Of a stretch of DNA of 64,000 nucleotides, positions 27,446 through 38,594 are shown one piece after another. Position numbers and translations under genes: made by a program. Numbering within the stretch: the stretch's first letter is position 1; every line of letters begins with the position of its first letter. The notes below the pieces were generated by a model. The model searched no databases. It was not told where the DNA came from and saw only the letters and a list, made by a program, of their open reading frames with translations. The stretch is taken from the IMG/VR virus record IMGVR_UViG_3300032007_000067, positions 13,218 through 77,217 of that record; one strand, written 5' to 3'. This DNA is from a virus (taxonomy: Duplodnaviria > Caudoviricetes).

Positions 27446-27657
27446 CCTCCGGTAGTGTAGGAATCAACCCACGCCGTAATCTGAGAACTTGTAACCCATG
27501 CCGTTCCCCGGACAACTGCAATCTTGCGTCCTTCTTCCGAAGTGGGTGTATCCACATCAGCATTGTTATTGCTTGTTTTCGGAGTTTTCATGACAAGACA
27601 GATCGCCACAAGTGCCACAACCAAAGCAATTACCGCAATTATCCCCGCTGTTCCCAT
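27442..27657 (-). CDS. small tail assembly protein
   Basis: Hydrophobic N-terminus, PTSEEGRKIAVVRGT motif. Confidence 0.7.
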   Translation of the reverse strand: MGTAGIIAVIALVVALVAICLVMKTPKTSNNNADVDTPTSEEGRKIAVVRGTAWVTSSQITAWVDSYTTGG

Positions 27658-27661
27658 TTTA

Positions 27662-28519
27662 TCACCCGTTCTTCTGTTCGTTCACATAATCCCGCATTAA
27701 CTGAGAATTGTCTTTAAGGTTTGTCTGAGCCAGCGGGTTTCTTTCAGTCGGGTTTTCCAAAGGCAAAAGAGTAAACCCGCCGTAATTATCATCGTTGTTA
27801 AATCTGTTTCTGCAAGTCTCAATGGTTCTGTCGCACCCCTGATAGACCATAACGGTGGCATATCCGTCAACGGGTTGCAGATAACTTGCATAAACAGGAC
27901 GTGACACAGTGATTATATTGTTTTCGTAATCAACCATACGAATAAAAAATAAAGCCTTGTTAGGCATAGAAATTATACCACCATCAATGTTATCGGGCAA
28001 ATCAGCCGCACTTTTCAAACGATAATCATCAAGTCTTGTCCAGTTGGAAACATAGCTTATATGAGCATGATCTTCTTTGTTTACCTTGCATTGTTCACCG
28101 TACAGGGCGAACGGGCATTGCCTCTGATAAACAAGTCGCATTGCTCCCCTTTGCGTGTCATACAGCACATTTGTGAATGACAGGGTAGCCTCCTTCACCG
28201 AAAATTCTATTGTGCTTAACGTTCCGACAAACTCGGTTTCCACATCTCCGGTTGCCACATAATACCGCAGAATTTTCAGGGTTGTCAGATAAGCGTCATA
28301 CTGTTTCAGGATACTCTGAATGTAATCGGTCTGAACGGATATTTTGACCGAGCATTTACTTTTTGTAACCTCGTCAGAATCATGCTCCAAAGCGTCATGA
28401 GACACCGGAACCGCACTGTAAAGATTATCATCGTACAGAAGATCCCGATTGGCATTGGTGTAAAAATATTTTTGTTCCCCGTTGTCAACGGCATAAAGAA
28501 AAACCACTCTTGCAAACAT
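27662..28519 (-). CDS. tail assembly protein (DUF2163/BR0599-like)
   Basis: YQRQCPFALYGEQCKV and GCDRTIETCRNRFNN..NYGGF. Confidence 0.85.
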   Translation of the reverse strand: MFARVVFLYAVDNGEQKYFYTNANRDLLYDDNLYSAVPVSHDALEHDSDEVTKSKCSVKISVQTDYIQSILKQYDAYLTTLKILRYYVATGDVETEFVGTLSTIEFSVKEATLSFTNVLYDTQRGAMRLVYQRQCPFALYGEQCKVNKEDHAHISYVSNWTRLDDYRLKSAADLPDNIDGGIISMPNKALFFIRMVDYENNIITVSRPVYASYLQPVDGYATVMVYQGCDRTIETCRNRFNNDDNYGGFTLLPLENPTERNPLAQTNLKDNSQLMRDYVNEQKNG

Positions 28520-28531
28520 AACCCGTCCTTA

Positions 28532-31500
28532 TTATTCTGTTATCTGAACCGCCGGAAGTCTTTCATTCTGCAATTTTGTCATGACCGCCTCGGCGTCAAA
28601 ATCTCCCTGATAATGTTCGTTTTCATACGCTTTTATACAGGAAATATATCTTGACCAGCCGTTAGCCTGTCTGTTACCGCCATAATACAAAGTCCCCCAT
28701 ATTGCCCCCTGTCCGGTTCCCGCCTGTTCCATAAAATGCTTGCAGTAATACTCAACATAACCCTTAAACAGACTTGCAATTCCGCTGATATTCCCCGAAA
28801 GTCCGTCAACGGTAACGTTTTTGCGGTTGTATGCAAATTTTGATTTGTACTGATTCCACCATTGTTCAACGGTCTGATATTCCTTGCCGTTTATCCACAC
28901 CTTTTCGATCTGCTGAATACTTGAATAGGCGTAATACCCGCCACTGTTAAGAATATTTGTCATAGAAAACTGTACCACTACATGAACCGGATTCACATTT
29001 GGAGACATATCGGATCTTTGCGGGGTGAGGTGTATCTGATACGGATCAATGCCATCGGGTTCGGGTATGACGCCATCACGATAACCCAGTACATAATTGT
29101 TCTGATTTATTCTCTGATTCCACTGAGACCAGTAATCACAGCCGGATCTGACAACAAGCCCAAAAACTGCGGAATAACTTGTATATTCCGAATTTGCAGG
29201 CACTTGATAATCGGAATACAGATCATAATTTTGCAACCATCCGATTTCCATGCTCCACATCTGCATGTGCCGTGAGTCATACTGACATGTATCTCTGTAA
29301 GCAGAACGGTCATATTCCGCAAAACAGAAGTTTACAGGCGGGTTCACCACAAATTCCACCTGTTTGATATGGTGTTCGTTAAGCCATCGTGTCATGTTTT
29401 TGGGAACCCGCAGATCTCCCGGAACTTCGGTTTTTCCCGAATCGCCCAAAAAGTCTATGCTGAACTGATAATCGGTGTAATAAGCATGTCCTCTGAAATA
29501 AAGCGAATTTCCCGTTCTGAGATAATCAAGGTTGTTATTGGAAGGCACAACTGCAATATTTCCGGCTCTTAATATGGTAACATCATAGGGCTTGTAATCC
29601 CCGTCAGATACACTGTACCGGATTGCGCCTATATCGTTTACCACATCATAAGTCTGTGTTCCGGCATTATATTCCTGATGGCTCCCGATCCGGCTTTCAA
29701 AAAGCACACCTGTACGGTTAGGATAAACATAAAACCACCCGTGCCCGGAGACTCCGGTTTTAGGATCGGTAAGGGTAACGGTATATAAGGTGTTTTCCAC
29801 GGGATACTGAATCTCGGTTTTCTTGCTCCCGTCAGACCATGTTTTATTGCAGATATCCACCTCGGTACATTGTTTGAGTCCGAGGAAATACGGCGCAAAC
29901 GGGTGAACGCTTTCAATGTTTTTCAGGGACAGTATTTTTGTGTTGCTCAGATTGTGTGTACCGTATCCCATCGTGAAATGAACGGTATGATAATCCCCTA
30001 AAGTCCACTCATCTGCCACCGTATAAGATTCGTCAACCGTGAGACATTCTTCAACGAGTCTTAATCTGTGAAGATAATATGTACGGGAAGGAAGATTAGT
30101 GCCTTTTCTTAAAGCCAAAGGATACACGCTGATTTCACCCGTTTCATTCCCCGCCATGTAGGTATCAAGCGGAGTCATGGCGGATCTGACACCATTAACG
30201 TATGTTACAATTTTGTTATCCTGACTGCTTACACCTAAAGCAAAAGTTAAAGGTTCGCCGATATTGACGTAAACACCGCTCCCCATGTTACATGCCTCAA
30301 CCGTGTACTGCCCGCCTGAAATCAGAATGTTTACCATAATCCCCCGTAACGGGAATATGCATTGTTTTGTCCACGACTGATCATCACTGAGAACCATTGT
30401 GAACTCAAACCAGAAGTCATGGAACATCTGCATTTCAAACCGGATATTCGGGTGTAAACACCAGTGTATACTGTTTGTGATTGTGAGTCCGGTAGTATTT
30501 TTGGTGTATACGGGACTGGTGTTATTATTTCCGGAAAGCACCGGCTGATCTGCTGTAATTTCCACAGCCCGTCTGACACGGGGCGAATTTCCGGTTAAAA
30601 ACTGAATAACGGAATATGTATCATAAGTTAATCCGGAAACACCGTTAAGAAAAGTCTGTCCCATTTGATCATTGTAATTTTTGAAATCCACAATGCATAC
30701 TGTTGCATTGTCAAATTCACGTAATTTTGTCAGGGAATAATCATTGAGTTTGTATTCACGGTTCATTACCGACATTTCACCGGTATAGACATTTAAACCT
30801 TTTGCAAGTCTGAACTGCTGAACCGTACCGCCTCTTGCAATCTGATATTGCGGATAGTTCATTGCGCCGTCATAATCGGTAGTTCCGGCAAACCCGTGCT
30901 TGAACAAATCCCGTGAAGTTCCGCATAAAAGACCGTCACACAGGAAATACAATTTGCCGTTATGCCTTTGCACCGCCCATTCATGCCAGCCAAATTCATC
31001 TCCGAACCACCGATTCATTTTCATGCTAATTTCAATATATCTTGTATTACCACCGGGACGCTTTTCCGCTCCGAGACAAATCCAGTAATACCCGTTTTTT
31101 CTGAAAAGATGAATACAGTAAGACGGCATATTACTGCTTAACAAATACCTTTCGGTATTTCCTTCGTATTCATCAAACTTGCCTTCCACCTGAAAAACAA
31201 AATCATCATCATCACCGATCAGGGATTTTCCCCATGCAGGTTTAAGAATCCATGAGTTTGAGCTGTTTACATCTTTAATGGCATAGGTTCCGTCATATTT
31301 TCCGGGAACGATAAAACTTTGCCAGTCAGAATTATTGTTTACAATCTGATACCCCGGAGCGTTGGTATTTTCAAAAACGTACCCGTTTTCCGTAACCTTA
31401 AACAAATAAACCGTATTAACATCTCTTACCCTTCCCCATGTATCATCATAGTTTATCAGGGCAGAATCATAAAAGTCGGTTTCAATAAAACTGACATCGC

Positions 31501-32644
31501 AGTTCCACACAGTTTCATTATCGGCTGACACACCGGCAGAACCGAATGTAACAGAATCATCGGCAAGTCGGACAAAGTAAAGGATCTGCACACTGTCAAT
31601 ATCCTTGTATTTAAAGGAAAAAGATTCTTCAAGAACAAGAGTGATAAACTCGCCGGAATAATCAGATTCGACCGGATTACCATTATCGTCCTGTAATGCG
31701 ATTACATGTGCATAGTTAGCAGTTTCATCAGTCTGAATGACAATATACGGTCTTGCCGTAAAGTCGTGTTTATTGTTGCGTATGCGCAAATACGAGCCAA
31801 CTGTATCACTTGCGTTTCCCGCTTTCTGAAAATCAGCCTGACCGGACGGCATAAAGCATGAATAAGTCATGCCCCACCGCCTTTTGATAAAGTTTCTGAA
31901 AACCGGAAGTTCGTTTTCCTTGCAGAATACCGTCACCCCGAAAGAGTTATACATGCGGTCAAAAAAGGTGAACCGATCACTCACACCTATTTCGTAATCA
32001 TTCTCCTGAACCGTCTGCCCCGCCTTTACGGTTACTTCGGAGCTGTCAGAAGTCACACTGAATCCGCACCATACATCATGTCCGAGATATTTTGTGTTCC
32101 AGTCGGACACGGCAGAAAATACCGGTCTCTTTGCTCTGAGTGTGAGATTGACCGCATAACACAAACTGTTAGCCTGTGTTATTTCGGGTTCACCCACAAC
32201 CTCACACGGAAACAACGGCATAAGAACCGCCGAATCATATTCTACTGTGCTTTCAAATATCAAAGTCCCGTTTCTGACGGTTACTTCAACAACTGTCCAT
32301 ACCGCATCGGATACATACAGAACGCCGTATTGAGTTTCCGCAAAGTTTGTCATTGTTACCGGAAATTCGTTATCCCCGCTGACTATTGTGTTCAGCGCAT
32401 GACCGGCTGACCAGTCAGGAACCCATACAGAATCCACATTACCCGCCTTATGGATTTGGCTGTTAAGGTTCAGTGCTTCTTTCAGATCGGATACAAGGAA
32501 ACTGTACCCGAACGACATGCGGGGAATATCCCTCTGAGCGATCCTGTCCTCTTTGTTTCCGTAACTTGCAAGCACGTCAGTTTTGTATTCATAGGTTGTA
32601 CTTGCGTTCAGTACCGGTCTTTTTATCAGATAAAAATCAGTCAT
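28532..32644 (-). CDS. large minor tail protein (distal-tail-like N-terminus plus LamG-like appended domains)
   Basis: YKTDVL..EDRIAQRDIPRMSF, VWVPDW N-terminus; FGWHEWAVQRHNGKLYFLCDG and SQDNKIVTYVNGV lectin-like segments. Confidence 0.7.
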   Translation of the reverse strand: MTDFYLIKRPVLNASTTYEYKTDVLASYGNKEDRIAQRDIPRMSFGYSFLVSDLKEALNLNSQIHKAGNVDSVWVPDWSAGHALNTIVSGDNEFPVTMTNFAETQYGVLYVSDAVWTVVEVTVRNGTLIFESTVEYDSAVLMPLFPCEVVGEPEITQANSLCYAVNLTLRAKRPVFSAVSDWNTKYLGHDVWCGFSVTSDSSEVTVKAGQTVQENDYEIGVSDRFTFFDRMYNSFGVTVFCKENELPVFRNFIKRRWGMTYSCFMPSGQADFQKAGNASDTVGSYLRIRNNKHDFTARPYIVIQTDETANYAHVIALQDDNGNPVESDYSGEFITLVLEESFSFKYKDIDSVQILYFVRLADDSVTFGSAGVSADNETVWNCDVSFIETDFYDSALINYDDTWGRVRDVNTVYLFKVTENGYVFENTNAPGYQIVNNNSDWQSFIVPGKYDGTYAIKDVNSSNSWILKPAWGKSLIGDDDDFVFQVEGKFDEYEGNTERYLLSSNMPSYCIHLFRKNGYYWICLGAEKRPGGNTRYIEISMKMNRWFGDEFGWHEWAVQRHNGKLYFLCDGLLCGTSRDLFKHGFAGTTDYDGAMNYPQYQIARGGTVQQFRLAKGLNVYTGEMSVMNREYKLNDYSLTKLREFDNATVCIVDFKNYNDQMGQTFLNGVSGLTYDTYSVIQFLTGNSPRVRRAVEITADQPVLSGNNNTSPVYTKNTTGLTITNSIHWCLHPNIRFEMQMFHDFWFEFTMVLSDDQSWTKQCIFPLRGIMVNILISGGQYTVEACNMGSGVYVNIGEPLTFALGVSSQDNKIVTYVNGVRSAMTPLDTYMAGNETGEISVYPLALRKGTNLPSRTYYLHRLRLVEECLTVDESYTVADEWTLGDYHTVHFTMGYGTHNLSNTKILSLKNIESVHPFAPYFLGLKQCTEVDICNKTWSDGSKKTEIQYPVENTLYTVTLTDPKTGVSGHGWFYVYPNRTGVLFESRIGSHQEYNAGTQTYDVVNDIGAIRYSVSDGDYKPYDVTILRAGNIAVVPSNNNLDYLRTGNSLYFRGHAYYTDYQFSIDFLGDSGKTEVPGDLRVPKNMTRWLNEHHIKQVEFVVNPPVNFCFAEYDRSAYRDTCQYDSRHMQMWSMEIGWLQNYDLYSDYQVPANSEYTSYSAVFGLVVRSGCDYWSQWNQRINQNNYVLGYRDGVIPEPDGIDPYQIHLTPQRSDMSPNVNPVHVVVQFSMTNILNSGGYYAYSSIQQIEKVWINGKEYQTVEQWWNQYKSKFAYNRKNVTVDGLSGNISGIASLFKGYVEYYCKHFMEQAGTGQGAIWGTLYYGGNRQANGWSRYISCIKAYENEHYQGDFDAEAVMTKLQNERLPAVQITE

Positions 32645-32723
32645 GACATTCCCCGATTATTTGATTGCCCTGTATATACTATCACATGAATAAGCCTTAT
32701 AATTATACCTGTTTTGCAGAAAT

Positions 32724-32747
32724 AAAAAAAGGGCGGTTTCCCGCCCT
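32724..32747 (-). terminator. intrinsic terminator after the tape measure gene
   Basis: AGGGCGG-GAAA-CCGCCCT followed by a T run on the minus strand. Confidence 0.85.
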
Positions 32748-32775
32748 CATATCAACCTGTCATGCACTCATGTGA

Positions 32776-35700
32776 TCACGCCGTTGTTACAATCTGTTTT
32801 ACGGTTTTCGGATTATGCCGAATCGTATTGAGAATCGCCCTTTGTCCGTCAGGAGTATTCAGGTACGCTTTCAGCATATCAGGATCTACCATGTTCACAA
32901 TGCTTACGGAATTGCCTTGAGAACTTATCTGAGAACCGCCGGAACTGCTACCGCTACCCGCAGTCAATCCTTCTGCTCCTCTGTGCATCATTTCAAGGTT
33001 GTTAAGTCCGATCCGTCTCACATCGTCCTGAGTGAATACATACTCACCCTTATGAACCACGCCCGCGGGATCGTATTTTCCGCCGTTTCCGGTATAACCA
33101 CCTTCTGCATAGGAACCGGACATAGCGGCGAGTGCCTTGTTCGTTCCCCATGAGGCGAGGATTGCGGCTTCACCCATTTCAGCGGCGGCCCCCATAGTTG
33201 CAGTTGCTACAAAGGTTGCGGCGGTTGCCCATTCTGCGGCGATTGCGGAGGCTGTTACGGCGTTGGTTGCAACCTCTTTTTCCTTTGCCGAATCTCCGAT
33301 TATGGACATCATAAGCTGAGTTGCTGCCCACTGAATACCCATCTTCACGATTGCGCTGATAACGTTCGTCAGGATACTCTGAGCAACATTGTTCATGGTT
33401 TCTCTGAGATCTTCGCCCTTTACAATCGCACCGGCAATACCGTCTGCAAGTCCGTCTGCAAAGGTGGTAAGGGCATTTCCAAGCGTTTCGGTAATACTTT
33501 CTCCGAGACTTGTAAAGCCGTCAGTCAGTTTGCCGATTGCTTCAAGACCTCTCAAAGACCAATCATCCCACACGTTCGGATCAAGCCCCATACTGACAAG
33601 CATACCCTCGCCCTCGGAGGTTCTGCCGAACCCGCCGGAATAGGCATTGTATTTTGCAAGCTGGTCACGGAAAGAACTCATGTACGCACCCTTAGACATC
33701 ATACCGTTCCGGTATGCTCCTAGGGTTGCGACATTTTCAGCACGGATACTGTTATCAGCCGCCCAAAGCCGACCACCTTCACCCCATGCAATCTGCCCGT
33801 ATTTCTTTGTAACCTGATCCTGCCATTCCCGTTCCCTTGCGGTTTTCATCAGATCTTCGAGTTCTTTTCCTTTTGGTGCTCTCAGTTTTTCTTCTTCAAA
33901 CGCCTTTTTAAGTTCCTCAAACCTGTCAAGCACATTGTTTCCAAAGTCGGAAAGCAGATTCTTTTTCAGCCCTTTTTGGAACGCCTCTGCAAGTTCTTCC
34001 ATCGGAGTTTTGAGTTCTTCGAGTTTTTTCTTGTAAATACTTGCGTCCATATTCAGGGCTTCATGTTGCTTTATAAGTTCCTCTAAAGCCTGTTTCTGAT
34101 TGTTGTATTCCTCCATTGGTTTCTGAACTTCATCGGTAATCTGCTGTTTTACGGCAAGGATCTTTTCCATTTGCTGGCGCTGATCCCACAATGCTTTGAG
34201 TTCAGCGTAATCCTGTTCTGTGAGTTTCACGCCTTTTTCAAGTGCCTGTTCTTTAATCTTTGCGACTTCTTCATACCATTTTTCCGCATCACGGCTGATA
34301 CCGATAAGGTTCTTATTTCCGCCGGGAACGGATTCCTCAAAAGTTTTCAGGATCTTCTTCGGGTTGTAACTGTCATAAAGATTGCCGCCGAGACCGACCA
34401 TGTTCAGCCAGTCAATTCTGAACTTTTCTTTCTGACTGCCACCACCGGAACCACCTTTTCTACCACCTGTACTACCCTTACCATCTGCACTGCCTTTACC
34501 GCCCGCAGTTTTCAGATCGGGGTTGTGTTTATGAAGTTCTTCAAGATTTTTAGTGTGAAAAGTTGCATAACCCGTTTCTCCTCGTATGAGATCATAATCT
34601 TCTAATTTCACTGGTATTGATTTTGAAAAATCATTTTTAAAACCGTAAAAGATCTTGCCCATCGCATCGAGCCAATATTCGGTTTGCAGGATATACTTTT
34701 CATTTATTTTGGCATCATCTTTCACAAACTTATTAAGTTCATTCAGATGTTCTTCATCAGCGGTCTTTTGTGTTCTCAAAGCGGCGTTAGTCATTTCTGC
34801 AATCCCGCTGTCCTTGCCGGTAAGATCCGCTGTCAGTTCCGGCAACAATTTCGGCAGTTCGTCAACCCATGTGGTTTTATTGATTTCGGCAAGATGATTG
34901 GCTTGCTCTATCAGCCCGGAAATCTCATGTTGCATCTTGTCATAACTCATGCCGAGTTCCAACATGGTTTTAGACGCTTTTTTGATTGTCTCATTAAACG
35001 TTATCAGTTTTTTTATGTCCATGCGAGAACTTTCCTGATCCTTGTAAGAATCGCTGATATTCTCCCATTTAACAGACTCAAACCGGGTTGCGAGACGTTG
35101 TATTGCGTCAACTACTGCCGTATAATCCCGTGCCGTTGCAGTTCCGGCGGCAACTTTTTCCTGTAAGGTTGCATAAAGTCCGGTAGTGAGAGAATATGCC
35201 TCTCTGTCCTCTTTTGTTAAGACGCCCGCACCCGTACCCTTTTGCGTAACAACCGACATGGTATCACTGATTTTTGACAAAAATTCTTTTCCGGCTCCGT
35301 TTAAAAACGCTTCCTGTTCTTTAAGCGTGTCCAGAACATCGGTTTTAAATACCTCAAAACCGTGAGAATCAAACACTTTTTCTCCGTAAGCGTCAATAGC
35401 ATTTTGAGACGTTGCGGCGATAAAGTCCCGACTCTTAAATACCTCCTGAATTGCTTTCTTTAATTCCATTCCGGATTTCACGGTTTCAGATCTGCGGTTT
35501 GATGCAATTAAACCTTCTGCAACATCACCCACTGGTGTTGTAAGAGAATAACCGAAAAGCGATTCTGACGCTTTATTCACCCACTTTATCGGTGCGGGCA
35601 AATAAGAAGAAATGGACTCATACCCCTCTTTTACTCTGTCCCGTACACCCTCGTCTTTTTTCTTTGACTGTTTTTCAAATTCTTCCTTGTTAATTATACC

Positions 35701-38583
35701 GGCCTTGTATTTCACATAAGCCGCCGCACTTTTGTCAATGTCTTTCAGATTGCCAAAATCAATACCGGAAATACCTTTCAGAATTTCATAAAAATCCCGC
35801 CAGCCTTCGAGTTCACCGCCTTTGCCGAATTTTGCAATAGCGTCAGCATTACCCTTAATCGCCCGTTCGGTTTGTTCGGATACCTCCGCCCATTTTGTCC
35901 ACAGGTTCAGGATTTCATTCAGAACCATCAGACCGCTAATAACCGCCGTCAATTTACCCACTGCGCTCACCGCACCTATTACCGCCATTTTAGACGCATT
36001 AATAGCTGCTGTCTGGCCGTTTATAGCGGCGGCGGTTTGTTGTATGGCGAGAACTCTTTGTTTTTCAGCCGCTATTTCTCTTTGAATCTGTAATAATCTG
36101 CGAGATGCGGCATAGTCATTAGCCGCTAGTGCTTTTGTCAACGCCTGTTGTACCAAAACCCGATCAGCTTCAAGTTTTGTCAGTCTTGCTTCGACAATAG
36201 CCTGTTTGTTCATGATCGAGTTTGCCTGTGTCATAGCGGCGTTCATTCGCTGTTCTGATGCGGCTATCTGTTGCTGAACGGCAAGTTCTCCGGTCATAAC
36301 AGAAACATAGCGTGAACGTGCGGCGGTAAGGCTTGTTTGCAGGGCAAGGGTTGTGTGCATGGCCGCACGATAAGCAATAATACCGGCGGTAATTAACGCC
36401 ATTTTACCACTGACATTGATAATACCCCGTCCCCATTTTTCCATCATTGTGGCAACAGAACCGATAATATCTCTGATATTTTCCAATGCCCCTTCTTCAG
36501 CAAAATGCCCGATAAACATTTCCCATGCGTTGTCAAGTTTTGCAAAAGCCTGAGTAATGGTCTCGGTGGTTCCTCCGAACTTTCTGTCCATCTCGCCTTT
36601 CATGTTCTTTAAAGCGTTCAGCAGAATGTCAATAGTCAGTTTTCCGGTTCTTGACCATTGCATAAGCTCTTTCTGTCCGGCCCCTACAACGCCCATAGCT
36701 TTTCCGGCTTCACGGGCTAATGCTCTCATAAGCACAGGTGAGTTTTCCATCACGGATCTGAACTCATCACCGTCTAACTTGCCCTTTGACAAAGCCTGCG
36801 ACATCTGGAGCATTACGGATGCCGTTTCGCTTGCGGTTGCACCACCTACTGTCAGTGCTTTTGCAAGTGTGTTAGTCATATCCACGGCCTCCTGTGCGGT
36901 AAAGCCGTATTTTTCGGTAGCAAGCTGAACTTTTAAGAACGTTGTGGAAAATGCGTCCATACTCGTTCTTGCGTCCTGAGCGGAACGATAAATCATATCC
37001 GTAACTTCAACGGCCTTTTCTTCGCTTTCGTAAAGTCCCCGAATCTTGTTTTTGACAACATTCAGACGGTCTAACTGTTCAGCCATGCCCTTAACGCCCT
37101 GAATGGTATTCTGAACAACATACACCATAGCGGCAACACGTCTTATATCCGAGATCGTGCTTTGCATGGATCTTGTGAGAAAGTTGAAACCTTCTCCCGC
37201 ACGTCTTGCGGCGTTACCTAAATCACCCAAACCACGCCGTCCCGCACCGGTAGCACGATTAAGTCCGTTAATGGCATTGTTGCATTGTCTGAGATAAGTC
37301 GCAAGTCTCATGATAGCGGGAATCAGTACGGTCAGATCTCGGATAAGTTGTTGCAAGTTGGTAAGTCTTGATAAGCCTTTTGCAAAAGCGTCAAACAACT
37401 GACGGAAGTTTGTTGTCATAGCGTTGGTTATCTGCAAACGTGAAAGCCTGTCAAGTTGGGTAACAAAAGACGTGAATCCACGGGTAACAGAACCAATTCC
37501 GCTTAACGCATTTCTCAAATTACCAATGGATGTTGCAAGTCTGTCCACACTTGGAAGCAACGGTGCGATACTTTGTGTGGTACGTCTTAAAGTAGAACGC
37601 AAGTGAATTAAAGATGTTCCGAGTGCCTGCCAGTTGATATTCTGTATTCCTGAAAACCGGTTTAACGCACCTTCTAACACCCTGAGACTTTGTGCAAGCT
37701 GATTGATAGGATTGACATTGATCGCCCCCAAAGAACGAATAAGCAGATCCAGTGTTTGATAAAAACCGTGAGCGGATTGCGGGTTCATACCACGCATAGC
37801 GGTAATCAGTTGGTTGACACTCTGAGCAAAAGAGGAGATATGGCTAGTAGCGGGTATCCGTCTCACGGCGTTTGCAAGATTAATAACCGCCTGTCCGAAC
37901 TGAGACCAATTACTGACATTTACATATCGCAACTGTGCATCAAGACTTAACAAACCTTTAACCTCAGTAACAAAATAAGGAATATTTGTGTTTGATGGCA
38001 GTTTGCTCAACGATCTGCCGAGCATGTCAAGTCCACGAGCAAGCATGGAAAAATCGGTAGTGATCTTAACATTGCCTATTGATTGCAGAAAACGGACAAT
38101 CCCGTTCATTTCATTCTGATTAACTTTAATGTTGTTGAGATTGTTCATGGCGGTTATAAATTTGTCAAAACCGCTGGCATTAAAATTAAACTGAAAACCT
38201 GAGATACTTCCGAGAAAATCTTTAATCTTGTCAATATTGGTCTGAGACAGACCCTTTGCGGCGTTTGAAAGCTGAGTAAGTCCGGATGCAAGCGTACCTA
38301 AATTACGGATATTGCCCTGAATATTTGCAGTAAAATCAATCTTCGGCAGATCCGAAAATTTGTTTTTGATGGCGTCTTTGATCTGTCTTTTTACAGATGC
38401 AAGGCTGTTTGCAATCGCTTTTGTGTCAACGTCTGCGAGTTTAAATTGATAATTAAACTTAATTACATGATCTTCTTCAGTAAGAGACTTAATCTTTTGT
38501 TCAATACCGCTAAGGGCTTTTTCAACCTTTTTATCGCCATCAAGAGATATGTTAGTTTTGACATTGATATTTTCGTCTGCCAT
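32776..38583 (-). CDS. tape measure protein
   Basis: 1935 aa, helical; tape-measure domain LQMSQALSKGKLDGDEFRSVMENSP; C-terminal SYAEGGYTGNGGKYDPAGVVHKGEYV. Confidence 0.93.
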   Translation of the reverse strand: MADENINVKTNISLDGDKKVEKALSGIEQKIKSLTEEDHVIKFNYQFKLADVDTKAIANSLASVKRQIKDAIKNKFSDLPKIDFTANIQGNIRNLGTLASGLTQLSNAAKGLSQTNIDKIKDFLGSISGFQFNFNASGFDKFITAMNNLNNIKVNQNEMNGIVRFLQSIGNVKITTDFSMLARGLDMLGRSLSKLPSNTNIPYFVTEVKGLLSLDAQLRYVNVSNWSQFGQAVINLANAVRRIPATSHISSFAQSVNQLITAMRGMNPQSAHGFYQTLDLLIRSLGAINVNPINQLAQSLRVLEGALNRFSGIQNINWQALGTSLIHLRSTLRRTTQSIAPLLPSVDRLATSIGNLRNALSGIGSVTRGFTSFVTQLDRLSRLQITNAMTTNFRQLFDAFAKGLSRLTNLQQLIRDLTVLIPAIMRLATYLRQCNNAINGLNRATGAGRRGLGDLGNAARRAGEGFNFLTRSMQSTISDIRRVAAMVYVVQNTIQGVKGMAEQLDRLNVVKNKIRGLYESEEKAVEVTDMIYRSAQDARTSMDAFSTTFLKVQLATEKYGFTAQEAVDMTNTLAKALTVGGATASETASVMLQMSQALSKGKLDGDEFRSVMENSPVLMRALAREAGKAMGVVGAGQKELMQWSRTGKLTIDILLNALKNMKGEMDRKFGGTTETITQAFAKLDNAWEMFIGHFAEEGALENIRDIIGSVATMMEKWGRGIINVSGKMALITAGIIAYRAAMHTTLALQTSLTAARSRYVSVMTGELAVQQQIAASEQRMNAAMTQANSIMNKQAIVEARLTKLEADRVLVQQALTKALAANDYAASRRLLQIQREIAAEKQRVLAIQQTAAAINGQTAAINASKMAVIGAVSAVGKLTAVISGLMVLNEILNLWTKWAEVSEQTERAIKGNADAIAKFGKGGELEGWRDFYEILKGISGIDFGNLKDIDKSAAAYVKYKAGIINKEEFEKQSKKKDEGVRDRVKEGYESISSYLPAPIKWVNKASESLFGYSLTTPVGDVAEGLIASNRRSETVKSGMELKKAIQEVFKSRDFIAATSQNAIDAYGEKVFDSHGFEVFKTDVLDTLKEQEAFLNGAGKEFLSKISDTMSVVTQKGTGAGVLTKEDREAYSLTTGLYATLQEKVAAGTATARDYTAVVDAIQRLATRFESVKWENISDSYKDQESSRMDIKKLITFNETIKKASKTMLELGMSYDKMQHEISGLIEQANHLAEINKTTWVDELPKLLPELTADLTGKDSGIAEMTNAALRTQKTADEEHLNELNKFVKDDAKINEKYILQTEYWLDAMGKIFYGFKNDFSKSIPVKLEDYDLIRGETGYATFHTKNLEELHKHNPDLKTAGGKGSADGKGSTGGRKGGSGGGSQKEKFRIDWLNMVGLGGNLYDSYNPKKILKTFEESVPGGNKNLIGISRDAEKWYEEVAKIKEQALEKGVKLTEQDYAELKALWDQRQQMEKILAVKQQITDEVQKPMEEYNNQKQALEELIKQHEALNMDASIYKKKLEELKTPMEELAEAFQKGLKKNLLSDFGNNVLDRFEELKKAFEEEKLRAPKGKELEDLMKTAREREWQDQVTKKYGQIAWGEGGRLWAADNSIRAENVATLGAYRNGMMSKGAYMSSFRDQLAKYNAYSGGFGRTSEGEGMLVSMGLDPNVWDDWSLRGLEAIGKLTDGFTSLGESITETLGNALTTFADGLADGIAGAIVKGEDLRETMNNVAQSILTNVISAIVKMGIQWAATQLMMSIIGDSAKEKEVATNAVTASAIAAEWATAATFVATATMGAAAEMGEAAILASWGTNKALAAMSGSYAEGGYTGNGGKYDPAGVVHKGEYVFTQDDVRRIGLNNLEMMHRGAEGLTAGSGSSSGGSQISSQGNSVSIVNMVDPDMLKAYLNTPDGQRAILNTIRHNPKTVKQIVTTA

Positions 38584-38594
38584 TTTTCACCCCG

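Noticed and set aside
22121-32644. Diversity-generating retroelement or invertible tail-fibre cassette
   Set aside because: No reverse transcriptase, invertase or template/variable repeat pair seen by eye; a self-dot-plot would settle it.
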